Positions 41,459 through 50,893 are shown, counted from the first letter of the stretch. The stretch: DNA of 64,000 nucleotides from an uncultured delta proteobacterium (GCA_963823335.1 CAWGLD010000003.1:64001-128000), one strand, 5' to 3'. The notes: generated from the sequence alone by a model not told the origin. Made by a program: numbers and translations.

Positions 41459-42403
41459 TTGTATCGACAAGATAGGATTGGGCGCAGGATCGTCTTTTTG
41501 CTGGCGATGACCCTGCTTCCCATTTTTGCCAATTTATCCTCTGCGGAAACAACCGTTAGCATAGATGCGGATATGCAGTTTCAGTATGCGGAACAGCTGT
41601 ATTCCCAGAAAAAATATATGATTGCCGTCATCGAATACGAACGGTTTGTCTACCTGTTTCCAGGGGATGAGCGTGTGTCTGAATCCAGATATCAAATGGG
41701 CATGGCCTACTACTCAGAAAGGCGGTATATAGAGGCCATCCAGTCTTTCAGTGCTTTGATGGAGACAGAAGATGTGGGGCTGGCCTATCATTCCCGGGCT
41801 TTCTTCATGACCGCGGAGAGTCAGTTGAGGCTGGGGCGGCGCTCATCAGCGCTGACAACCCTTTACAACCTTGTGACTTTCTCAAAGGATACGGATGTGC
41901 AGGACGAGGCCAATTATCGTATCGGCTGGATTTTCCTCGAAACGGCTGACTGGGAAAAAGCCCGAACCTATTTTCAAGAGATCAGCGATCGGAATCATGT
42001 AAAATACCGCCTGGCCGATCTGCTCAGAGGTCTTGAGAGTGCCGGCGACATCCATCACAAAAGCCCGGGCATGGCCGGTGCCCTGGCCATCCTTCCCGGA
42101 GGAGGTTATCTCTACTGCAACCGGCCCCGGGATGCCCTGATCTCCTTTCTGTTGAACGGCGGCCTCATCTATGCTGCTTATGAAGCCTTTGACAATGAGA
42201 TGTACGCCCTCGGCGGCGTTATCTCTTTTGTGGAAATCGGGTTTTATTCCGGCAGTATCTACGGTTCCATCTCCAGCGCCCACAAATACAACCGGGATCA
42301 GGACAGGCGGTTTATCGATGGTCTCAAGCAAAACCTGAAGATCAACCTGTCTTCACGGCCCGAAAACAAGGGGCTCGAACTGTCGCTTCGGTATTGTTTT
42401 TAA
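41459..42403 (+). CDS. Exported tetratricopeptide-repeat protein with a C-terminal membrane segment
   Basis: TPR-like helices, KSPGMAGALAILPGGGYLY followed by TM helices; the first ~60 codons of the called ORF derive from repeat B, so the start is placed at TTG 41459 (uncertain). Confidence 0.75.
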   Translation: MYRQDRIGRRIVFLLAMTLLPIFANLSSAETTVSIDADMQFQYAEQLYSQKKYMIAVIEYERFVYLFPGDERVSESRYQMGMAYYSERRYIEAIQSFSALMETEDVGLAYHSRAFFMTAESQLRLGRRSSALTTLYNLVTFSKDTDVQDEANYRIGWIFLETADWEKARTYFQEISDRNHVKYRLADLLRGLESAGDIHHKSPGMAGALAILPGGGYLYCNRPRDALISFLLNGGLIYAAYEAFDNEMYALGGVISFVEIGFYSGSIYGSISSAHKYNRDQDRRFIDGLKQNLKINLSSRPENKGLELSLRYCF

Positions 42404-42612
42404 TTGCCGAGGACACGCAGACAGTCCTGGGGCAGGCGGTGGGTACCTTTGTCTTCCAGACTCACTTCCACCAGGGCCTCTGGGTCGTTGATTGCGGTGT
42501 CCGGATCCGTGATGATGCCGTGGCAGCCGATATAATCGTCCATGTAGCTTTCCCAGCCTTCATCATCGGATTTACGGAAGACTTCCACGTGCTGACCCCT
42601 TCGAAATATCAT
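42400..42612 (-). CDS. Small acidic hypothetical protein
   Basis: AAGGAG RBS; 70 aa with an SH3/KOW-like beta pattern. Confidence 0.65.
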   Translation of the reverse strand: MIFRRGQHVEVFRKSDDEGWESYMDDYIGCHGIITDPDTAINDPEALVEVSLEDKGTHRLPQDCLRVLGN

Positions 42613-42642
42613 TGGCGGTCTCCTTGATACAATTCCTTCTAG

Positions 42643-42718
42643 TTGAACCGAAAAAGCGAGCGCATTCCCCGTAGGTTCTGCCGTTCGGCAGTGCTTCGCA
42701 TGCTGCGAGGTTCTTCAA
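42643..42718 (-). repeat. Repeat family A copy
   Basis: Exact reverse complement of 21273-21348 by eye. Confidence 0.92.
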
Positions 42719-42736
42719 AAACCCTGTTTCATCAAG

Positions 42737-44893
42737 TCAGATGTGTGAAACGGGCATGCCGGTTTGAGTGCCCGTTTTTCGGGCGCACATTTTACAAAGT
42801 GTCTGCACAGATGCTACCTGCCCGGTTGTTTTAAACCTGTTACCGATATAATCCAGATACTTGGCAGGGCCGACCACGGCGCCACACGAACTGCAGAGGA
42901 TCAGTTCCTGGCGGTTCAAGACAGTACCGCAGAGCGAGAGAATCCTTTCACCATCTTTGTCCTCTATCTGCATGGCGTCGTTGGGGCAGTTTTCCGCGCA
43001 GGCCCCGCAGGCGATACAGCGTTCCTGGGTCAACCTGAAATCTGTTTTTACAGGATGATCAAAGTCATAGTAGCCCATCTGCAGTGCATCGATTTTCATC
43101 TTGTCCCGGCAGACACTTACACAATCCCCACATCGCCGGCAGATATCACAGCGAAGGCATCTGCGGGCCTCCTCCCTGGCCACGCTCTCGGAATAGCCCA
43201 ATTCGACCTGCTGATAGGTGGTACGCCGTCTTTCGATATTCAACAGTGGCATTTCAGGTCGTTTCAGGATCATTTTCGTGGTGGCAGGGACCTCGATAAA
43301 ATCGGTATTTGCACGGCGAACCGGTACCGGCGGCATCTTCGGCTGTGGTAAGCCTGAAAGGTAGCGGTCGATAGCATTGGCTGCCCGTTTCCCGCCACCA
43401 ATGGCTTCGATGACCGTGGCCGGGCCGCTTACAGCATCACCCACGGCAAAAATGTCGGGCTGAGACGTGGTCATGTTGGCCATATTGACATGAATGGTGC
43501 CGCGGCGGGTCCATTCAATTTCACCAAGTGATTCCATACAGTCCCGGTCTACATACTGTCCAATGGCAGGGATGATCACATCGGCTTCGATATCGTGGTC
43601 ACTCCCTTCAACGGGTGTGGGGTACATCCTGTCGCTGTCCTTTTTTTTAACCAGTTTGGCCCGAATGCAGCGCAGGGTGTTGATCCTGTCGCCCTCACCC
43701 ATGATTTCCACTGGAATGGTCAGCAATGCCAGGTGGACACCTTCTTCCTCGGCCTGCTCCACTTCCTCCTCATCTGCGGGCATTTCCCGGCGTGTCCGCC
43801 GGTAGGCGATGGTCACCTCCTTGCATCCGAGCCTCAGGCAGGTTCGGGCCGCATCGATGGCAACATTACCCCCGCCGATGATCACGGCTTTCTTGCCGGG
43901 GGCGTGCCGATGGCCCATGGCTACGTTTTTGAGCAGATCGATGGCGTCTATGACCTGGGGGAACGTATTCTCTCCGGGGATGTTCAGTTTGAAAGCTTTG
44001 TGAGCACCGATGGCAAAGAGGAAAGCCGAAAAATCCTCCTTTTTCAAATCTTCGAAGGACACATCATGCCCAAAACGGGTATTATATACAAATTCGACCC
44101 CCAGGTCTTCGATCATGGCAACTTCCCTGTCAATCACCTCTCGGGGGAGTCTGTAACGCGGTATTCCCACCATGGTCATGCCACCGGCCATGGACAATGC
44201 CTCGAGCACTCTCACACTGTAGCCTTTGAGCGCCAGATAGTAGGCGGCACTCATGCCGCCGGGGCCGGCACCGATGATACAGACCTTTTGATGTTTGTCC
44301 GGCGCCTTTTCAGGGTTTTGGTACTGCCCGTCAGACAGGGCTTTCTCTGCCGCGAATGCTTTAAGAAATTTGATGGAGACCGGCGTATCGATGCGGCCCC
44401 GCACGCACATGAATTCGCAGGGTCGCGTGCACACCAGGCCACACACCCAGGGGAAGGGATTGTCCTTGCGTATGACCTCTATAGCCTCTGCATCTCTGCC
44501 CATGCCGATCAGGGTGACATATGTCGGCACGTCAATTCCTGCCGGGCAGGCCATTTGGCAGGGTGCCGGGGTAAGCTTGATGCAATCCCCGGTGGCGCAG
44601 TTACGGGTCTTGATATGACTTTGGAATATCTCGGCGTGTTTTTCCAGTGTGGTGCCGATCTTGTTTTTGATCTCGATACCCACCGGATCCGCCCTGTTTT
44701 GATCCAGTTCATCCAGGCGGCTGTTGACTGCCGGTATGTGGTCACGGCCTGCCATGCCCCAGGCAACTTCCCGTAGCAAATTCAATATATCTTCCAGGAT
44801 ACGACGGGTCCTGGGTTCTTTGACACTACCGGAGTCAAGGGATGCTTTTATCTCTATTATGGTGCCGTGCACGGGGCAGGCTTTTGCACTCAT
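42737..44893 (-). CDS. GltD-like FAD/NAD(P)H oxidoreductase with extra Fe-S domains
   Basis: CQMACPAG...CGLVCTRPCEFMC, IIGAGPGG, GIPRYRLP, GGGNVAID, YRR, EARRCLRC, C-terminal ferredoxin motifs. Confidence 0.9.
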   Translation of the reverse strand: MSAKACPVHGTIIEIKASLDSGSVKEPRTRRILEDILNLLREVAWGMAGRDHIPAVNSRLDELDQNRADPVGIEIKNKIGTTLEKHAEIFQSHIKTRNCATGDCIKLTPAPCQMACPAGIDVPTYVTLIGMGRDAEAIEVIRKDNPFPWVCGLVCTRPCEFMCVRGRIDTPVSIKFLKAFAAEKALSDGQYQNPEKAPDKHQKVCIIGAGPGGMSAAYYLALKGYSVRVLEALSMAGGMTMVGIPRYRLPREVIDREVAMIEDLGVEFVYNTRFGHDVSFEDLKKEDFSAFLFAIGAHKAFKLNIPGENTFPQVIDAIDLLKNVAMGHRHAPGKKAVIIGGGNVAIDAARTCLRLGCKEVTIAYRRTRREMPADEEEVEQAEEEGVHLALLTIPVEIMGEGDRINTLRCIRAKLVKKKDSDRMYPTPVEGSDHDIEADVIIPAIGQYVDRDCMESLGEIEWTRRGTIHVNMANMTTSQPDIFAVGDAVSGPATVIEAIGGGKRAANAIDRYLSGLPQPKMPPVPVRRANTDFIEVPATTKMILKRPEMPLLNIERRRTTYQQVELGYSESVAREEARRCLRCDICRRCGDCVSVCRDKMKIDALQMGYYDFDHPVKTDFRLTQERCIACGACAENCPNDAMQIEDKDGERILSLCGTVLNRQELILCSSCGAVVGPAKYLDYIGNRFKTTGQVASVQTLCKMCARKTGTQTGMPVSHI

Positions 44894-44905
44894 TGTTTCA
44901 CCTAT

Positions 44906-45694
44906 TTATGTCACCGGTTTGTTTCCATACATTTTTGCAAGCTTGGGCGCAGTCAATCTCAGATTTTTCCGGTAGTAGAGTTTGCTGCAGGTCGGGCAGT
45001 GCCGGTGTTCTTCTTTTTCCTCTGGATGTTGATCGTCAACATGTTTGACGTGTTCCAGGAATTTTGTGGTGGTATACAATTTGCCACAGATCTGACAAGG
45101 CTCGAGTGTGTGTCTACCCACGATTTCATCCCTGACCATAACCGTTCTTATGTTGCCATCGTCTTCATACCGGATGGCTTTGGTGGGGCAGACGTTGGTG
45201 CAGGTCAGACAGCCAATGCATTCGTCCGTTCCTGATGGACTGACATAGCTTCGTCCCTCTGTTTTGATCATTTTCAGCGCTTTTGCCCCGATGATTTCAG
45301 AGCAAACCCGGATACAGAGCCTGCAGCGGATACATCCGTCGGGTATGATTCCTGTTGTCAAGCCGAATTCCCGGCCGACCTTATGGATGGCTTCGGAATG
45401 GGGTGCCAGTTTCAAGAGGTCTCCGATGGCGGTATTTCTCATCTGGTGCACCATGGCACTTTCCGTGGTGATTTGCAGACCTTGCACTACCTTGATGGCG
45501 CATGAGAGCCTGGTGCGTATGGGTTTGTCCTTTTCTCTTACCTCCACGACGCAAAGCTTGCATGCTGCTGCCGGTGTGAGGGAGTGATGGAAGCAGAGAT
45601 GTGGCACCCGGATGCCATTGTCACTGAGCACGAGCAGGAGCCGTTTCCCTTCTTCAGCCTTGTGTTCCACACCGTTGATGATTATTTGAACCAT
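44906..45694 (-). CDS. [2Fe-2S]/[4Fe-4S] protein (NuoG/hydrogenase N-terminal-like)
   Basis: PHLC...ACKLCVVE...LSC, CIRCRLCIRVC, CIGCLTCTNVCP, CQIC..CPTC; start at MVQIIING. Confidence 0.88.
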   Translation of the reverse strand: MVQIIINGVEHKAEEGKRLLLVLSDNGIRVPHLCFHHSLTPAAACKLCVVEVREKDKPIRTRLSCAIKVVQGLQITTESAMVHQMRNTAIGDLLKLAPHSEAIHKVGREFGLTTGIIPDGCIRCRLCIRVCSEIIGAKALKMIKTEGRSYVSPSGTDECIGCLTCTNVCPTKAIRYEDDGNIRTVMVRDEIVGRHTLEPCQICGKLYTTTKFLEHVKHVDDQHPEEKEEHRHCPTCSKLYYRKNLRLTAPKLAKMYGNKPVT

Positions 45695-45708
45695 GATGTT
45701 TCCTGGTC

Positions 45709-46230
45709 TTACCCTAACGTGGCCGCGCCCTTGGTGGAGGCCATGGCATGGGCATAGCGTGTGCGTTTCATGGCCGGCATTTTTTCCGTGACATTGAAGG
45801 TGAGACAGTGCGTGGTGCAGACGGTCACACAGGCGGGTTTGAGACCCTGGTCGATCCGATCCATGCAGTAATCGCATTTGACGACTTTTCCCTTTTCCGG
45901 ATTCCATTGCGGGGCGCCCCAGGGACAGGCGGAGATACATGTTTTGCAGCCCACACAGAGATTGTGGTCAACGAAAACAATGCCGTCCTTTTCACGGCGC
46001 TGCATGGCACCGGTGGGGCATGCAGAGACACACCACGGGTTTTCGCAATGAAAACAAGGCATAAAAATAAAGGACGCCCTTGGTTTGCCGTTAAAAAATT
46101 CGGGTCCCACCGTAATGATCTGGCAGGGCCGGGTTTCCGGCGGAAGTGTTTTGTTTATTTTGCACTGAATTTCACATGAATGGCAGCCGATACACTTTTG
46201 CTGGTCTTGCAGTAAAAAGTACTTGCTCAT
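45709..46230 (-). CDS. DmsB/PhsB-type four-cluster Fe-S subunit
   Basis: CIGCHSCEIQC, CFHCENPWCVSACP, CVGCKTCISACPW, KCDYC..PACVTVC. Confidence 0.92.
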   Translation of the reverse strand: MSKYFLLQDQQKCIGCHSCEIQCKINKTLPPETRPCQIITVGPEFFNGKPRASFIFMPCFHCENPWCVSACPTGAMQRREKDGIVFVDHNLCVGCKTCISACPWGAPQWNPEKGKVVKCDYCMDRIDQGLKPACVTVCTTHCLTFNVTEKMPAMKRTRYAHAMASTKGAATLG

Positions 46231-46302
46231 TATTTTCCTCCCTGATCCAAATCGCTTTTCAGGACAATTATATTTTTATGATGGTTCCTGTTTGAGGTGA
46301 TG

Positions 46303-48387
46303 TTATACCGGCGTCACCTTGACGAATGTGTCATGCAATGCCGGGCTGCCGCCGATTGTATCCATCAGACTTTCCTGAAGCAGGGCGTCGCTGACACCTT
46401 TCCGGCAGCTTCGTGACGCGTTGCCGGCTTCATGTCCAAAACCGTGCAGCATGAATACGGTTTCCTGGTGTATCAGATCGGTTGCCTTAACCGTGATTTG
46501 CCCCTTGCCCACACTGGATGTCACTTCCACCTTGTCACCATTGCTGATACCGAGTTCAGCAGCACGCACGTTGTTCATCCAGAGAACATTTTCAGCACAC
46601 AGTTCGTTCAGATAGGGGTTGTTCTGTGTGGACACATGGGTGTGCAGGGCGATGCGACCCACCACGAGCCGGAAACGATCTTGCGGCGGTCTTGGTACAG
46701 GCGTATAGGCAGGGAAAGATTCAAACCCGGCATCCTCTAGGAGGGAAGATTTGAATTCAATCTTTCCAGACGGTGTTTTAAATTTGAGTCCCTCTTTTCG
46801 ATCCCAGAAAATCTGCTTTTTCCCGTATGCCACAAAGCCTTTGGCATTGAAATCCTCTGTTTTGAAGCCAGTACCTTCCAGTTGCCATTCCAGCAGTTCA
46901 TCCATGCTTTGATAGGGGAAAAATTTGTCTGTCCCCAGGCGTTCTGCTATCTGTTTCAGAATCATGGCGCCGTCCCTTGTATCGTAACGGGGTGCAACAG
47001 CCTGTTTGCGCAGAAACATCTGCGGTTTTAAGCCGTTGGCCTGTTGGATGCAGTCGGTTCTTTCGAGATAGGTGGATTCGGGAAGAACAACGTCCGCGTA
47101 CCAGGCGATATCGCTGTAATTGATGTCGATGGCCACGATCAGATCTAGTTTGTCCAGGGCCTTTTTGGTCAGGGTGGCATCCGGAATCGACCCGATCGGG
47201 TCGAAGCGATAGGCGATAAAGGCTTTGATAGGGTAGGGATCCTGATTCAATATGGCTTGCGGAAGCATCTGGCCGACACCATGGTTGGGGTCCGGCAGGG
47301 GAAATTCTTTGGTTCCCACCTTGTCGAATCGAGGCACGTCAATTTTAGGAAACTTCTGCTCGGTGAGCTTCCGGGCTGGCTTCCCGCCTTCTTCACCAGG
47401 GCCTTTCTTGAAGAAAACACCACCTTTGGTTTCAAGACTGCCCATGAGGGCGTTTAATATCAAAATGGAACGTCGGAAATAAATTTCGTTTTGATGACTG
47501 GCGCCACGGTACCCATAATGGAAAACCACCGAGGGTTTCTCTTTGGCAACTTCTCTGGCCAGTTCTCTGATCGCCGAAGCGGAAATGCCGGTTTCGTCCT
47601 GTGCCCATTCAGGGGAGTAGGGGTTGACAAAGTCCTGCAGCTCTTTCAAGCCAACCACCCACCTGTCCACAAAGGCAGCGTCGTAGAGCCTTTCATTCAA
47701 AATGACATGAATCAGGGCATAGTTCAGGGCCAGATCCGTTCCCGGACGTATCATCCAGTAACGATGCGCTTTGGTGGCCGTGACGGTTACCCGGGGATCT
47801 ATGTAGGTCAGCTTGGCACCCTGTTCCAGAGCATACATCAGGTTGTTGACCTCTTTAACAGAAATCGACTCAAAAATATTTCGGCCATACAGGACAATCT
47901 GCTTTGTATTCTTGTAGTCCACGCCCACCTGCCCATCTGCAAAACCGAACAATGAGCGACAGGCCGTATTTACGGACCCTTTGCAGAGCGCATCATGGGT
48001 AAAGTGATTCGGTGATCCGATGGCTTTCAGAAATGTCTTGCTGACATGGGTGGCCAGCTGGGTCCGTTCGCCGAGTACGACACTGTGCCCGCCGTGCTTG
48101 TCAATAATGGATGAAAGTTTTTTGCCTACCATGTCCAGCGCTTCATCCCAGCTTGCTTTGCGCCATTTACCTTCCCCGCGTTTACCCACCCTGATCAACG
48201 GTGACTGCAGCCGCTGGTCATCATAGAGCAGACTGGTACCGGCCGCCCCCCTGGGGCAGAGACTACCTTCCATACCGGCCACATGCGGATTACCCTCTAT
48301 CCAGGTTACCTGCCCATCTTTGACTTTAACTTTGATGGGACAACGAATCGAGCACATAAAGCAGAGACTGTATACCTCTTTTTCCAT
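46303..48387 (-). CDS. Molybdopterin oxidoreductase catalytic subunit, PhsA/PsrA-like, no Tat signal
   Basis: CFMCSIRC...GSLCPRG, SWDEAL, GSPNHFTHDALC, RPGTDLAL, ADVVLPESTYLER, C-terminal HGFGH; GGAGG RBS. Confidence 0.9.
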   Translation of the reverse strand: MEKEVYSLCFMCSIRCPIKVKVKDGQVTWIEGNPHVAGMEGSLCPRGAAGTSLLYDDQRLQSPLIRVGKRGEGKWRKASWDEALDMVGKKLSSIIDKHGGHSVVLGERTQLATHVSKTFLKAIGSPNHFTHDALCKGSVNTACRSLFGFADGQVGVDYKNTKQIVLYGRNIFESISVKEVNNLMYALEQGAKLTYIDPRVTVTATKAHRYWMIRPGTDLALNYALIHVILNERLYDAAFVDRWVVGLKELQDFVNPYSPEWAQDETGISASAIRELAREVAKEKPSVVFHYGYRGASHQNEIYFRRSILILNALMGSLETKGGVFFKKGPGEEGGKPARKLTEQKFPKIDVPRFDKVGTKEFPLPDPNHGVGQMLPQAILNQDPYPIKAFIAYRFDPIGSIPDATLTKKALDKLDLIVAIDINYSDIAWYADVVLPESTYLERTDCIQQANGLKPQMFLRKQAVAPRYDTRDGAMILKQIAERLGTDKFFPYQSMDELLEWQLEGTGFKTEDFNAKGFVAYGKKQIFWDRKEGLKFKTPSGKIEFKSSLLEDAGFESFPAYTPVPRPPQDRFRLVVGRIALHTHVSTQNNPYLNELCAENVLWMNNVRAAELGISNGDKVEVTSSVGKGQITVKATDLIHQETVFMLHGFGHEAGNASRSCRKGVSDALLQESLMDTIGGSPALHDTFVKVTPV

Positions 48388-48484
48388 AATATTCCTCCAA
48401 GCGATCTAAATTCGAATTTATTCCTTTGTTACTACATTGCAACCAAATATGTCCAATAGTAAACGTATCAGAAAATGCCAAATG

Positions 48485-48500
48485 AGCAATTATCATACCA
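48485..48500 (-). promoter_or_regulatory. Sigma-54 promoter (-24/-12) for the molybdoenzyme operon
   Basis: Minus strand TGGTATGATAATTGCT with correct GG-N10-GC spacing, ~100 nt upstream of the start. Confidence 0.7.
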
Positions 48501-48639
48501 CCATTGGTGTTTTCTTTAGAAAGGGAGATATATTTTAAAAATACGATTAAATACAGTAATATCAGCTATATTAAAGAGATTCTACCCCAAGCCGCCAGCG
48601 ATGTAAGCTTAGAAAAAATCACCATATCCGCCCAAGATC

Positions 48640-48655
48640 GCAGTAAATTTATTGC
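48640..48655. promoter_or_regulatory. Candidate enhancer (activator binding) palindrome
   Basis: GCAGTAAATTTATTGC, a near-perfect dyad between the two sigma-54 motifs. Confidence 0.4.
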
Positions 48656-48888
48656 ACCGAAATAAAAAAACGGCACCTTGCTATCCTACTGAATATATTT
48701 GTAATATGATAATCCATATCCCTGTGTGGTATCCTGTCATGCGCCAATACGTGCACTTAGTTATCCGAAAGTCTTCTGCAGGTATGAGACGCTACTATTG
48801 TTGAAAAATATCATAATACACTGAAAAGATAGCAATAAATAAATTCAAAAGACTGGTGATATCCAAGTATTGGAATAAATCGGCATCG

Positions 48889-48904
48889 TGGCATATTGCT
48901 TGCT
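48889..48904 (+). promoter_or_regulatory. Sigma-54 promoter (-24/-12) for the tauE operon
   Basis: TGGCATATTGCTTGCT, 80 nt upstream of the ATG. Confidence 0.75.
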
Positions 48905-48983
48905 TCTAAATTTCACGTTATCGGTATAGGGTAAAATCTAAAATGACGTACCATTATTCAACATTTAGTTAGGAGGTAAAAAA

Positions 48984-50129
48984 ATGGCAAAAAAAATTTT
49001 TAGTGTGTTACCGATCCTTTTGATGGTCCTGACGCTTTCAATGCCGTTTGTCACGGCAAATGATGTATTTGCGGACAAGCTGTCAGATGCCATCGCCAAG
49101 ACGCCCCAGGGCAGTGATAAGGGTCAGATCGACCCTGAGGCCCAACCCGGGTTTCTTGGAATACCCGGCGCGCCGAGTATCAACATGATCATCGGTCTGG
49201 TGTGGGCGATCTGGGTGGGGTGGATTTTTTCAACAGTTGGCGCTTTTGGCGGAATCATGGCCGGCGTGGGACATATGACCATCTATGGCCTGGGGGCCTA
49301 TGCAAAAACCTTCAAGGACACGTCGCCGCAAATGAACAAATTCGTCACCGACAGTATCCGTGTATCCAACCAGTGGCTTGTGGGTCTTTCGGCCCTGGTG
49401 TCCAGCGTCAATTATTACCGGCAAAAGCGACTGGTGCCTGCCCTGGGTTTGTTTCTGGGCAGCGGTGCGCTCTTTGCGACACTCCTGGTGGTGTTTACAA
49501 CGGCCGGTAAACTCAAATTTTCCCAGTACCAGGGGTGGTTTGGATTGTGTGTTTTCGTCATCGGCGGTTTTATGATCTACGAAATGTCGCCCAAGGGTCA
49601 GGCTACCAAAAAAGCAGCCGCAGAAGCAGCCAAGGCTTTCGAAGGTACCATCAAAGGCAAAGGCAAGATTGAAGACCAGGGTGTAAAAACGTTGAGCTGG
49701 AGTCTGAAAAAAGTCGAAATCTCTTTTTTCGGTCAGACCTTCAGTTTCAGTCCTATTTGGGCCTTTGTGGGCGGTTTCTTTATCTCGGCCCTGGCGTCAT
49801 TTCTGGGTATCGGCGGTGGGTTTCTTTATGTGCCCTTTTTGACCAGCGTTGTCGGACTTCCCATGTTTGTGGTTGCAGGAACGTCGGCGCTCTCTGTTTT
49901 GATCGGCATGATCTTCGCCATTTTCAACTTTATGGTTTTAAAAGGGGTCATGGTATACTGGCCCATGATCGGCGCCGAGTTGATCGGTATATTTATCGGA
50001 TCCATGATCGGGCCCAGAACGGGTAAATACATCCCGGCCAAGGTCCTGAAGGGCATTTTCATCGCTCTGGCGATCTACATCGGACTTCGCTATACCATGA
50101 GAGGCTTTTTCGGGATCGCCATGCTGTAA
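48984..50129 (+). CDS. TauE/SafE-family sulfur-compound transporter (long form)
   Basis: STVGAFGG, FLGIGGGFLYVPFL, AGTSA motifs; AGGAGG RBS. Confidence 0.87.
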   Translation: MAKKIFSVLPILLMVLTLSMPFVTANDVFADKLSDAIAKTPQGSDKGQIDPEAQPGFLGIPGAPSINMIIGLVWAIWVGWIFSTVGAFGGIMAGVGHMTIYGLGAYAKTFKDTSPQMNKFVTDSIRVSNQWLVGLSALVSSVNYYRQKRLVPALGLFLGSGALFATLLVVFTTAGKLKFSQYQGWFGLCVFVIGGFMIYEMSPKGQATKKAAAEAAKAFEGTIKGKGKIEDQGVKTLSWSLKKVEISFFGQTFSFSPIWAFVGGFFISALASFLGIGGGFLYVPFLTSVVGLPMFVVAGTSALSVLIGMIFAIFNFMVLKGVMVYWPMIGAELIGIFIGSMIGPRTGKYIPAKVLKGIFIALAIYIGLRYTMRGFFGIAML

Positions 50130-50189
50130 AAGCAGAATCCCCATTTCCCTGAAAATACCTGCCAGGGTTGTCAAGGGGATCATACAACA

Positions 50190-50232
50190 ACCCGAATATG
50201 CCACGAGATTGACTTTCGTGGCATATTCGGGT
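50190..50232. repeat. Perfect 17 bp inverted repeat (REP-like hairpin)
   Basis: ACCCGAATATGCCACGA, 9 nt loop, TCGTGGCATATTCGGGT. Confidence 0.75.
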
Positions 50233-50284
50233 AAACAGCCGTATACGAATCGCGGCATAAAGTACCTAGCAGACGGGGTGAGGC

Positions 50285-50851
50285 ATGCAGCCTTTTTATG
50301 ACAACTTTCTATATCATGCAGATGGATTTCTAATCGGTTTTTACCGCTTTACCGGCCATCCGTTTCTGGACTATTTGGTGGGAACCATGTGTCTGGCCCT
50401 GTTATGTGTATTGGTGGGGGAAGTAACGGTTTCCCTGGCCATTCGGTTCAACCAGCGCTACATCGATGAAATGGCTCAAGAAATGAATCAGAAAGAAAAA
50501 ATGTCCATGGCAGCCTACCAGGCAGGCGACAAGCCCGGCTACAAGGCGCTGAACAAGCAGGCCACCGATGCGTGGGGCAAGCATTTTTTCACCATGGTCG
50601 GTTATTCGGCCGGCATGTTGTGGCCCATACCCTTTGCACTGGGATGGATGCAAACCCGTTTTCATGGCGTAGATTTTGACCTGGCCTTTCCACTGTCACT
50701 CCTTTTTGGAAAAACAGTCGGCTATCTTTTCACATTCATTCCAATATATATTCTCTCCAGAATTGTTTTTAAATACATGCGCCCATATTTACCATATTTC
50801 AGGGGGGTTCAGAAGAAACTCGACCAATGCGCGTCCAGAAACGCTTCTTGA
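50285..50851 (+). CDS. Hypothetical membrane protein
   Basis: TM helix, helical soluble segment, two further hydrophobic segments; GAGG RBS. Confidence 0.78.
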   Translation: MQPFYDNFLYHADGFLIGFYRFTGHPFLDYLVGTMCLALLCVLVGEVTVSLAIRFNQRYIDEMAQEMNQKEKMSMAAYQAGDKPGYKALNKQATDAWGKHFFTMVGYSAGMLWPIPFALGWMQTRFHGVDFDLAFPLSLLFGKTVGYLFTFIPIYILSRIVFKYMRPYLPYFRGVQKKLDQCASRNAS

Positions 50852-50893
50852 TGTTTGGACCCAGCCTTATTATACGCAGACTGATTCGCTTTA

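Noticed and set aside
43595-44776. Long antisense ORFs (393 aa here; also 38469-39371, 53181-53801, 61741-62493)
   Set aside because: Shadows of well-supported genes on the opposite strand, with no recognisable motifs
46303-48387. Selenocysteine or formate dehydrogenase assignment for the molybdoenzyme
   Set aside because: No in-frame TGA, and the ligand region (HDALCKG) lacks the FDH C/U-H motif
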